A stretch of 64,000 nt of DNA from a virus (lineage: Duplodnaviria > Heunggongvirae > Uroviricota > Caudoviricetes): positions 12,740 to 76,739 of the IMG/VR virus record IMGVR_UViG_3300032038_000051; one strand, 5' to 3'. Shown piece by piece: positions 26,838-34,851 of this stretch; within the stretch, counting starts at the first letter, position 1, and each line of letters starts with the position of its first letter. The translations under genes and the position numbers were made by a program. The notes beneath the pieces are model-generated. The model was not told the origin of the DNA. It ran no database searches and saw nothing but the letters and a program-made list of their open reading frames with translations.

Positions 26838-27448
26838 TGGGCGCGAATGCCGAAAACCCACCGTCACACCCGCTCGTGTCGTACGCTGAGTACCTCGACT
26901 GGAACCGGGCGGAATGCGACGACGTCGCCCGCAGGCTGAAGGAAATCGCCGCCGAGATAGACGCGAGGGTCATCGAGACCAATGGACGGTACAGGGACCT
27001 GCTCGCCAAGGCGCTCGGATGCATAGACGTGATCGCAAAGCATGGGCAGACCCTGTCGTGCGGAGCGTGCCACGAGTGGTACGGCAAGTGCCCGCTTAGG
27101 GACGGGGCGTCCGAACTCGGTGTGACGGACGCGAAGCAACCACCGGTCGATGACGACCGAGGGCTGGCGGAGGAGTGCGCCGAGCTAAGGCACATGCTCC
27201 GCGAGGCGCATGACGCCTACGACAGGCTGCTGCACACAAACCGCATGACGGTCGACGAGGACGCCAGGATCAGGAACGAGCTCTCCGGCTTGAGGGTCGA
27301 GAGGGACAGGCTGGTCGAGCTCGCCTTGGACATGCGCGACGCCCTCGGCGGGGTCGACGAGCCACCGGACTTCGACCGACCGTGGCTGGGCGGCTTCGAC
27401 GAGCGCATGCGCGATCTGGGGATACTGGAGAAGGGAGACGGTCGATGA
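26837..27448 (+). CDS. MRELGI-tail family member 5 (distant)
   Basis: ECAELRHMLREAHDAYDRL and C-terminal FDERMRDLGILEKGDGR; CGACHEWYGKCP cluster. Confidence 0.5.
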   Translation: MGANAENPPSHPLVSYAEYLDWNRAECDDVARRLKEIAAEIDARVIETNGRYRDLLAKALGCIDVIAKHGQTLSCGACHEWYGKCPLRDGASELGVTDAKQPPVDDDRGLAEECAELRHMLREAHDAYDRLLHTNRMTVDEDARIRNELSGLRVERDRLVELALDMRDALGGVDEPPDFDRPWLGGFDERMRDLGILEKGDGR

Positions 27449-27684
27449 TTCATTCGATCGCAATGAAGGTGGTGGTCGTGTGCGCCGCCGTGTACGTCGC
27501 GTCGTTCACGACGATAAAGCTCATAGGCAGCGGCATCGACGCCGGGGAGCTCATGAGCATGCTGCTGGACCACAGGCGCTGCTATGAGCACCCGTGGTTC
27601 ATGATCGCATCGGTGGTCTCATGCTGCTCTCCAAGGTCGTGGGCGTCGTGTCGCTGCTTGTCATGGCCGTGGCGTGGGCGATAG
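27445..27684 (+). CDS. hypothetical membrane protein (frame uncertain)
   Basis: N-terminal TM helix; an alternate frame gives a cleaner TM tail (MLLSKVVGVVSLLVMAVAWAIGA). Confidence 0.3.
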   Translation: MIHSIAMKVVVVCAAVYVASFTTIKLIGSGIDAGELMSMLLDHRRCYEHPWFMIASVVSCCSPRSWASCRCLSWPWRGR

Positions 27685-27697
27685 GGGCGTGACGGGC

Positions 27698-28003
27698 ATG
27701 GACGTGCAGGACCGGCTCTGGACGACCTCCTGGACACTCCATATGCGCGCCTCCGCCGACCTTGACGACGAGCTGGCCGAGTGCGCCAACGCGGTCGATG
27801 TCGCCGCTGGCGAGATGGACATGATCGCAGGCTTCCTCAGGAGACTCACCGTCGGTGTCTTCGCGGAGGTATGCGCCGATGCCGACCACGAGACATGCAC
27901 CAGGTGCTCGATGAACAACGCCGACCACAACGGCTGCCTCGTGACCGTCGCCATGAGATCCCTCGGGATCGACGAGCACGGAAAGGACGTGACGTACGAA
28001 TGA
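27698..28003 (+). CDS. hypothetical protein (paralog of 25332..25754)
   Basis: Shared C-terminal C.RCSM...AMR.LGID..G..V.Y tail. Confidence 0.5.
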   Translation: MDVQDRLWTTSWTLHMRASADLDDELAECANAVDVAAGEMDMIAGFLRRLTVGVFAEVCADADHETCTRCSMNNADHNGCLVTVAMRSLGIDEHGKDVTYE

Positions 28004-28335
28004 GGACTTCGCAGGAGGATGGGCTGCTGCACAAGTACAGGCCGCTCCCCGAGGACGGTCCGCGCCACAAGAAGAGGACGAGGAAGGCCCACGTGAGGAG
28101 CGACCACAAGCACGCGTACGAGACGGTGTGCGTCGACTCGGGCGACTGGGTGTACGCGTGCGGCGAGCGGTACCACGTCTACCACACGGCGACGAGGTGC
28201 TCCGTGTGCGGAAGGATAGGGGACGTTACGATGCGCGACCTGCGCGAGGTTCCCGAGGACATGCCGCTTTACGAGGTCGACGGCATCAACGACCTGCTCG
28301 CAAAGACCCTGCCCGACGAGAGGAGGGCGTCATGA
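28000..28335 (+). CDS. zinc-ribbon protein
   Basis: CVDSGDWVYACGERYH...RCSVCGRIG. Confidence 0.5.
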   Translation: MRTSQEDGLLHKYRPLPEDGPRHKKRTRKAHVRSDHKHAYETVCVDSGDWVYACGERYHVYHTATRCSVCGRIGDVTMRDLREVPEDMPLYEVDGINDLLAKTLPDERRAS

Positions 28336-28994
28336 GCACGGGCTATGCCAGCCAGCTAACCAAGAAGTCGTTCCTTGCGGGCGCCCTGATATCGGTCGGG
28401 GCGCTCTTCTCGTTGGCGGCGAGGGAGTACGGGCCGGTGGTGCAGGGACTCTGCTTCGGCGTCGGCCTCACCGGAGTCATGTGGACCCAGTCGAGCCTGT
28501 TCACCGGCAGGGTGCTTGACTCGGGTGCGGTCATGCGCGCGGAGCCCGGCCACGAGCGGGCGACGGCGCTCGACAGGCTCGTCGGCGAGCTTACCGTCGC
28601 GTGGGCGCTCAACCTGCTTGGCGCCGTGGTCGTCGCCCTTCATGCGAGAGCGATGCACTTCGACGCGTCCGCCGTCGCGACGGCCAAGGCGGCGATGCCG
28701 TGGCGCGAGCTGGTCATACGCGCCATCTTCTGCAACGTCATGGTATGTCTGGCCGTGTTCGCGAACCGCCGCGCCAACGGATCGCCATTGGCGGCGCCCG
28801 TCATATGCGCGCTGCCGGTCGCCTGCTTCGTCGCGTGCGGGTTCGAGCACTGCGTGGCCGACATGCTGTACATGCCGCTCGGCTTTATGCAGGGGGCCGT
28901 CACCCCAATGGACTGCGTCCGCGTCATCGGACTCGCGACAGTCGGCAACGTCATGGGCGGAGTCGCGTTCGCATGGCTCGCGGAGGCGCGCTGA
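28332..28994 (+). CDS. formate/nitrite transporter (FNT) family channel protein, short form (~220 aa)
   Basis: SSLFTGR (FNT signature-1-like LFTG), IFCNVMVCLAV (signature 2 [GA]xxCN[LIVMFYW]2VC[LV]A), ACGFEHCVADMLYMP (FEH-IANM region); six hydrophobic segments. Confidence 0.7.
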   Translation: MSTGYASQLTKKSFLAGALISVGALFSLAAREYGPVVQGLCFGVGLTGVMWTQSSLFTGRVLDSGAVMRAEPGHERATALDRLVGELTVAWALNLLGAVVVALHARAMHFDASAVATAKAAMPWRELVIRAIFCNVMVCLAVFANRRANGSPLAAPVICALPVACFVACGFEHCVADMLYMPLGFMQGAVTPMDCVRVIGLATVGNVMGGVAFAWLAEAR

Positions 28995-29215
28995 TGGCCG
29001 CGCACGACTTCGAGACGCACAGGTGCGGCGGCTCCCTCGATGCGCGCTGCTCGATACGGAGATACGGACAGGACGGCTCCAAGCTGTTCCAGAGGTTCCG
29101 CAGGGACGGGGAGTGGCACCTGTACCGACAATACGTCGACTTTGACTACGACTACACGGGCTTGGACGAGGTTGCGAGGATATCCCACTGCCCGTGGTGC
29201 GGGAAGGAGCTTTGA
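28994..29215 (+). CDS. zinc-ribbon protein
   Basis: C-terminal HCPWCGKEL. Confidence 0.45.
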   Translation: MAAHDFETHRCGGSLDARCSIRRYGQDGSKLFQRFRRDGEWHLYRQYVDFDYDYTGLDEVARISHCPWCGKEL

Positions 29216-29216
29216 C

Positions 29217-29474
29217 ATGGCGTGCGAGTACTGCGACCAAGAGCACTTGGAGCCCATCGCCGTCTGCGCCAGCGAGGGCTGGTCGATGACCCTCGTCAAC
29301 GACGAGGGGCGCGGGTGCTGGGAACTTGTCCACGAGAGGCTCACGCCTCCATACGGCTGCGTCGTCGAGAGCCGCGCGCGCGTACGCAACTGCCCGATGT
29401 GCGGCAGGGCGCTTCCGTCGTCGTGCGACGACGGCACCCCTCCCGACGGTCACGCGGGAGGTGACATGACGTGA
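29217..29474 (+). CDS. zinc-ribbon protein
   Basis: CEYCDQ...NCPMCGRALP. Confidence 0.45.
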   Translation: MACEYCDQEHLEPIAVCASEGWSMTLVNDEGRGCWELVHERLTPPYGCVVESRARVRNCPMCGRALPSSCDDGTPPDGHAGGDMT

Positions 29475-29689
29475 GCGACTTCTACCTATGCGACCTGTGC
29501 ATGGGGAACCTGAGCGACCCGGCATGGGGGCGCCAAGAGTATCAGGCGTACCGGCACGACGAGTGCGAGTGCGACTGGCACGGACGCACGAAGAAGGTGA
29601 CGGCGCACGACGACGGCGGGGGAGGGCCGCACGTGTCGTGCAGGCTGTTCGTGCCGCGGACAGAGACGCTGACGGGAACGGAGCATTGA
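29471..29689 (+). CDS. hypothetical Cys-rich protein
   Basis: GTG start; CDLCMG...CECDWHG. Confidence 0.4.
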   Translation: MSDFYLCDLCMGNLSDPAWGRQEYQAYRHDECECDWHGRTKKVTAHDDGGGGPHVSCRLFVPRTETLTGTEH

Positions 29690-30006
29690 TGGAAGACTTC
29701 TTTCAGGAAATCTTGGTGTATTCGGCCGGCGTGAGGAGACGGGCGCTGATCGTCATAACCGTGTTGCTCGCGCTCCTCACGCTCGTCGCCGCGTACTTCA
29801 CGAGCGGGGTCGTGTCAGAGCAGGACGCGATCGGAGCCAACGCGCACGAGTTCGAGTCGGACAATGCGTGGGACACGTTCGACACGGTGACCGACATGGG
29901 CACCGGCGTCACGTACGTGGTTTGGACCAACGGGCACGGCAGCGGCATGGCGCCGCTGCTCGACAGGAACGGGAGGCCGGTGATTTCGGAGGTGGTTGGC
30001 GAATGA
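29689..30006 (+). CDS. membrane-anchored hypothetical protein
   Basis: N-terminal TM helix RRALIVITVLLALLTLVAAYF. Confidence 0.45.
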   Translation: MEDFFQEILVYSAGVRRRALIVITVLLALLTLVAAYFTSGVVSEQDAIGANAHEFESDNAWDTFDTVTDMGTGVTYVVWTNGHGSGMAPLLDRNGRPVISEVVGE

Positions 30007-30869
30007 ACAAGGACGAGAGGGCGCGCATGACCGAGTACCACAGGGGCTGGACCGACGGGCGAGCTGCGCGCACCGCCGACGAGTGGTCGCTCGACATGGA
30101 GCGCAAGGCGGTCTCACACAGGCTTCGCGGCGTCACCTTGCCGGAGGACGCCGACAGCTACGGGAATCTCAGCGCGATATGTGGCGCCATCTTCCACGCG
30201 AAGTACGGATGGACGCGCGGGGCGTGCGACGCGCTGCGCGAAAGGCTCGTGCACCTGCTCGTCGGCGATCGTGCGGACGTGCAGCCGGACGAGGCGACCG
30301 AGTTCGCGGACCGACTCAGGGAGTGCGCGGAGCACGGCGAGGACGTGACGCTCTTCGGCGTCGACTACACGCCGTCCAGCCGCGCGTCCGAGGAGTCGGA
30401 GCGGCTTGCGAGCTACGTCCTCGACATAGCGGACCACCTCGGAGTGGAGGCGGGCGACCACGATGGCCCCGCCGACGCGTACGCGAAGGTGGTCGAGAGC
30501 CTCCAGGACTACAACCCGCTCGACGACACCGCGGAGGCGGTCGCCGAGTACCACAAACAGCTCAGGAGGTGGATGGGCGAGGCGAAGAACCTCGCCGACG
30601 CGCTGAGGCAAAGGGTCGACGCGAGGCCCGCCAGCGTGGTGCCGGACGGGTACACGGAGCTTCCGAAGGTCAGCAACGGGCACGTGCACATGGGAGACAC
30701 CATCGAGTGGGACAGTCCGTCGGGCACGTGCGTGCTCGGGCCGATAGACCGCATCTCCCTGCAAGCCTACGGCACGAGCGTATTTTCGATGAGTTCCCCC
30801 AGCGGACGGTACATAACGGGCGACGAGAGGGTCGTGCGGCACAACGAGAAGGACGGAGAGCACGCATGA
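30003..30869 (+). CDS. hypothetical protein (288 aa)
   Basis: ATGA-coupled ORF. Confidence 0.55.
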   Translation: MNKDERARMTEYHRGWTDGRAARTADEWSLDMERKAVSHRLRGVTLPEDADSYGNLSAICGAIFHAKYGWTRGACDALRERLVHLLVGDRADVQPDEATEFADRLRECAEHGEDVTLFGVDYTPSSRASEESERLASYVLDIADHLGVEAGDHDGPADAYAKVVESLQDYNPLDDTAEAVAEYHKQLRRWMGEAKNLADALRQRVDARPASVVPDGYTELPKVSNGHVHMGDTIEWDSPSGTCVLGPIDRISLQAYGTSVFSMSSPSGRYITGDERVVRHNEKDGEHA

Positions 30870-31618
30870 GAGACAACATCGAGTTCATAGGCCAGTCCGT
30901 CGAGTACGTCGGCGGCTACGGCGGGGACGACACCATCGAGAGCGCCGCGAGGACGTGCACCCAGACGGTCGGGAGGAAGTCTGCGTCCGACTTCGTCAGG
31001 GGCCTCGTCAGGAGAGGACACATGTCCCCCACCGAGTTCGGTTTCGCCGACTTCCTCATCGAGGTCGACCGGGCCATCCAGCAGGAGCTCACGAGGCACA
31101 GACACTTCTCGTTCAACATCGAGAGCACCCGTTGGATTAACTACCTGAAAAAGCCGGTGCGCTTCGTCACGAAGCCCGCGAAGGGATGGGACGTGCCCGA
31201 CGAGGCGGTCGAGCTGCTCGAGCGGTGGTGCGAGCTGTCCGTGCTGGTGTACGAGGCGCTGCTCGCACTGCACGCCGACAGGGACTACGCCAGGAAGGCG
31301 TGGCCGCTCGCGCTGGCGTCCAACGTGAGGATGGCCGGCAACAGCCGCGCGTGGTTCGAGATGATCGCCAAGCGGATAGTCGGGGCCGCGCACCCGGAGG
31401 CGCGCGAGGTGGCGGTCGAGTGCGCTCGGGAGCTTGGAGGGCGGTTCGTCGGGCTGTTCTCGGCGAAGGCCGGCGGAAGATACAGGCCGAGGCAGCATAC
31501 CGCCAGGCCGCAGGGGTCGAACCACACCGTCGTGTCCGCGAACGTCGAGCTGTGGGACGACGACCCGCCGGCGTCGATCGAGCTCGGAAGCCACACGTAC
31601 ACCATCGAGTCCGCGTAG
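30866..31618 (+). CDS. thyX: flavin-dependent thymidylate synthase ThyX
   Basis: ThyX motif RHRHFSFNIES (RHR-x7-S), ~250 aa, FAD-binding N-terminal region. Confidence 0.85.
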   Translation: MRDNIEFIGQSVEYVGGYGGDDTIESAARTCTQTVGRKSASDFVRGLVRRGHMSPTEFGFADFLIEVDRAIQQELTRHRHFSFNIESTRWINYLKKPVRFVTKPAKGWDVPDEAVELLERWCELSVLVYEALLALHADRDYARKAWPLALASNVRMAGNSRAWFEMIAKRIVGAAHPEAREVAVECARELGGRFVGLFSAKAGGRYRPRQHTARPQGSNHTVVSANVELWDDDPPASIELGSHTYTIESA

Positions 31619-31691
31619 TGCGGTCGCGAGACAAGCAAGCCGTTTCAACGGGCCGTCCGCAGTGGGCGGCCCTCGTTCTTGGGAGGACGAG

Positions 31692-32624
31692 ATGTTCCAA
31701 CTTGTAATAGCCGTGATCCTGCTCCTCGTTGCGCTGGCGGCGCCGTCCGTCGTGAGGAGCTACAACAGGGAGTACAAGGCCGACGCGAGCGCGAGGCCGT
31801 TCGTGGTCGGCGCGCTGGCCTTAGCTGCGGTGGCGGTCGCCACGGCGTGCGTGTACGGGCAGGACGCAGGCGAGGTCATCGTCAGGATAAACCTCGGCGG
31901 GTCTCTTGCCGGCTATACGGAAGAGGCCGGCTTCCACGTCAAGGCCCCGTGGCAGAGCACGGTGAGCTACGACGTCCGAAACAATTTAATAAACTTGTAT
32001 CGCGACGCCGAGTACTCGTACGACGGCGGAGCCGCGGAAGGTGCGTGCGTGACCGTCAACGACAGAGGAGGGGCGTCGGCCGACATCGACCTCCAGGTGG
32101 TGTACTCGCTCGACGGGGCCTCAGCCCTCAAGCTCTACGAGGACTACGGCACGCAAGAAAAATTTACGTCCGACGTAATCCTCAACGCCGTGCGCGCGAC
32201 GGCACGCGAGGTGGCCGGAGCGTATGACACGATAACATTGCTCACCAACAGAGGGGAGTTCACCAAGGGGATCCGCGACGCGCTCACCTCGCGGTGGGCC
32301 GAGCTCGGGCTGAACGTCGAGCAGGTGTCCGTTCAGGACGTCCGCTACCCCGAGTCCATCAAGGACCGCTACGCCGAGGCGCAGGCAGCCGAGGTCGCCA
32401 AGGCCAAGGCGCTGAACGAGCAGGAGACCGCCCGCGTGACTGCCGAGACGAAGAAGATTAACGCGCAGGGCGAGGCCGACGCCAACCGAATCCTCACCGA
32501 GTCCCTCACTCCCGAGGTCATTCAGCAGCACTACATCGACACGCTCGGGGAGATAGGCAACAAGGGCAACATGGTCGTGGTTCCGCAGGGCTCGACGCCC
32601 ATGGTGCAGGTCGGTGAAAAATAA
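31692..32624 (+). CDS. SPFH/band-7 (stomatin/prohibitin/HflKC-like) membrane protein
   Basis: N-terminal TM anchor, SPFH core (QVSVQDVRYPESIKDRYAEAQAAEVAKA...) and C-terminal coiled-coil. Confidence 0.75.
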   Translation: MFQLVIAVILLLVALAAPSVVRSYNREYKADASARPFVVGALALAAVAVATACVYGQDAGEVIVRINLGGSLAGYTEEAGFHVKAPWQSTVSYDVRNNLINLYRDAEYSYDGGAAEGACVTVNDRGGASADIDLQVVYSLDGASALKLYEDYGTQEKFTSDVILNAVRATAREVAGAYDTITLLTNRGEFTKGIRDALTSRWAELGLNVEQVSVQDVRYPESIKDRYAEAQAAEVAKAKALNEQETARVTAETKKINAQGEADANRILTESLTPEVIQQHYIDTLGEIGNKGNMVVVPQGSTPMVQVGEK

Positions 32625-32864
32625 ATGACGAATGAGCACGAGTACAGGGTCCTGCACGGGAAGCTGGTCGACCACTGCGGCACGCTGTGCCTCGGCGACA
32701 TAGACGTGTGGGACAAGCGGTACGACACGCTCGAGGCCGCGCACTACGAGCTCATGACGATGGGGTGCGACTCGGTGGGCGAGTGGGCGTGCTGGCCGTT
32801 CGCCGAGGGCTTCGAGCCCGAGCTCGCATACCTCCACGCCGACGACTTCTACGCCGTCATCTAG
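32625..32864 (+). CDS. hypothetical protein
   Basis: ORF abutting the SPFH stop. Confidence 0.5.
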   Translation: MTNEHEYRVLHGKLVDHCGTLCLGDIDVWDKRYDTLEAAHYELMTMGCDSVGEWACWPFAEGFEPELAYLHADDFYAVI

Positions 32865-33122
32865 GAGACCCCGGCGGGCGGTCGAGGCCGCCCGCCATCG
32901 GAGGGAGGCAACGAATGGCACACGGAAGGGCATGCGTATCGACGCCCGAGGACTTCGTCCGCAGGGACACGACGTCGATGCCACGCGCCGACAACCCGGA
33001 GGACCGCATGCGTGCCCGCGTGACGCGCGGAGGGGCCGCGTCGCGCGAGATTCCCGAAGGCGCGGACAATCAGCCCGAGTCGGTACTCGATGGCCGCAGA
33101 CGCCGCGAGAACGCGCCGGACG

Positions 33123-33419
33123 ATGACGGTGGCTACGTTGGCCGAGAGGTCGTGCGCCCACATGCGTGACGACGTGTTCCTCAAGGACGCGAGCTACATA
33201 TTCTCGAGCACCCTGTGCGACATGATGGACGAGTACGGGATGATGGCGGACGGCTCCGACAGGGAGTTCAACCGCGAGACCATACGCATGTGCACGGAGG
33301 AGTTCGGCCCTGCGCTCGACGAGCTCATCGCATGGGTCGAGGAGCGCAGCGCCGCCGACGTGACGCGCATGCTGGTGAGGTCGCGGCTCGCGCGCGGCGG
33401 CACGCCATGGAGGAGGTGA
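33123..33419 (+). CDS. hypothetical protein (boundaries uncertain)
   Basis: ORF in a stretch where several GC-frame ORFs overlap. Confidence 0.3.
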   Translation: MTVATLAERSCAHMRDDVFLKDASYIFSSTLCDMMDEYGMMADGSDREFNRETIRMCTEEFGPALDELIAWVEERSAADVTRMLVRSRLARGGTPWRR

Positions 33420-33527
33420 CGGCATGCACGTGCCACATTACGAGCCGACGCCAGTCAACGACGACGATTGGGCGTTCGGCATCTTCTACTCGAAGGCCAT
33501 ACGCAAGGCGATTGAGAGGTGGGGCTG

Positions 33528-34001
33528 ATGGCATGGGATGACGACAGGCCGTACGCGCCGTTCTACCTTGGAGAGGGCTCCAAGCCCAACCCAGACAGGA
33601 CGCGCCTTGAGCGGCTCGAGTACGAGAGACGGACCGGCGACATGGTCGAGCACGTCGACACGAACCCCGGCAAGGACGACATAGACGCGATGTACGCAGG
33701 CGCGCACGTGCCGGCATGGACGTACGACAGGTGGCGCGACTACGAGACCGACTACGCGTTCAGGCCGTTCAGGGAGGTTCGCCTCAAGCTGAGGCTCGCG
33801 GGCTTCTCGCCGCGCAGGAGCGCCGGCACGTTCATGTTCGAGGACGAGCATGGCCGCGCGTACCCGATGACGGCGGGCGAGTTCAACCGCCTGTGCGAGG
33901 ACGGCGTGCTGTCGTCCGAGATCGACGGCTTCTGGAGCGCCGTGAAGCGCGGACGGACGTACGGGGTGACGCTCGTGCGGCTGGCGGGGGAGGAGCCATG
34001 A
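33528..34001 (+). CDS. hypothetical protein
   Basis: ORF. Confidence 0.5.
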   Translation: MAWDDDRPYAPFYLGEGSKPNPDRTRLERLEYERRTGDMVEHVDTNPGKDDIDAMYAGAHVPAWTYDRWRDYETDYAFRPFREVRLKLRLAGFSPRRSAGTFMFEDEHGRAYPMTAGEFNRLCEDGVLSSEIDGFWSAVKRGRTYGVTLVRLAGEEP

Positions 34002-34459
34002 GGAACGCGGGGAACGCGGGCGTCGACTGGGAGATGGTCAGATGCGTCCTCGAAAAGTGCAGGCGGCCACAGGACGTCACCGACGGTCGCGAGTGCGTCA
34101 GCACGCAGGACGTCTTCTTTGACGCCCACAATGAGGTATTGCGTCGTCGCCTCATATGGGACGAGGACGAGCACAAGGCGTTCCAAGCGTCGTATTGCTA
34201 CGCCATCGACAAGGACCTCGTGGTGCTCGGAGGGTATCCGCCCCACCAACAGGTCTGGGGCCTGACCCACAAGGGCCGGGACCTGCTGTCCGTGCTGGAG
34301 AGCGACGGCGTGCTGCGGGAGGCGCTGTCGGCGGCGCGCGAGGGCGGCCTGTCGCTCACGGCGGACGCATTGATCGAGGCCGGCAGCCGCATCATGGCGG
34401 GGCGGATACTCGACGCAATCGCGAATAGGGGCAAGACGTCGAAGCATTTGGAGGCATGA
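33998..34459 (+). CDS. hypothetical protein
   Basis: ATGA-coupled ORF. Confidence 0.5.
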   Translation: MRNAGNAGVDWEMVRCVLEKCRRPQDVTDGRECVSTQDVFFDAHNEVLRRRLIWDEDEHKAFQASYCYAIDKDLVVLGGYPPHQQVWGLTHKGRDLLSVLESDGVLREALSAAREGGLSLTADALIEAGSRIMAGRILDAIANRGKTSKHLEA

Positions 34460-34463
34460 CCAG

Positions 34464-34778
34464 ATGACCAAGTACGTGGTCGACCTGCCCGACGACGTGA
34501 CGTGCGCGACATGCCCCATGGCGGACGCGGTGGGAGAGGACGTGGCCGTGTGCGCGCAAGGCGGAGGGTACGTCGCCACATGCATCGACCTCAGGCCAAC
34601 GTCCTGCCCCCTGCGTCGAGTCTCCGACTACACGCGCCCGCTTGAGTCGAAGATCACGTCGCAGCGCACCGCGATAGCGAGGCTCACCAAGCGCGAGGCG
34701 GTCTACAGGCGCGTCATGGCTAGCAAGGACGCGCAGATACTCGACCTCCTGAACAAGGTCGAGGGACGCGCCGAGTGA
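34464..34778 (+). CDS. hypothetical Cys-rich protein
   Basis: CATCP...CAQGGGYVATC...CPL. Confidence 0.5.
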   Translation: MTKYVVDLPDDVTCATCPMADAVGEDVAVCAQGGGYVATCIDLRPTSCPLRRVSDYTRPLESKITSQRTAIARLTKREAVYRRVMASKDAQILDLLNKVEGRAE

Positions 34779-34851
34779 CGGCGCGGAGCACATGAACTGT
34801 CAACGAGGGGACGGCAATCTGGCCGCCCCCTTTTTGTTGGAGGGAGAAAGA

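Noticed and set aside
32865-33520. Several overlapping ORFs (32687..33169, 32932..33126, 33090..33419, 33215..33541)
   Set aside because: Mutually exclusive frames with low-complexity products; only a tentative 33123..33419 call was retained at low confidence.
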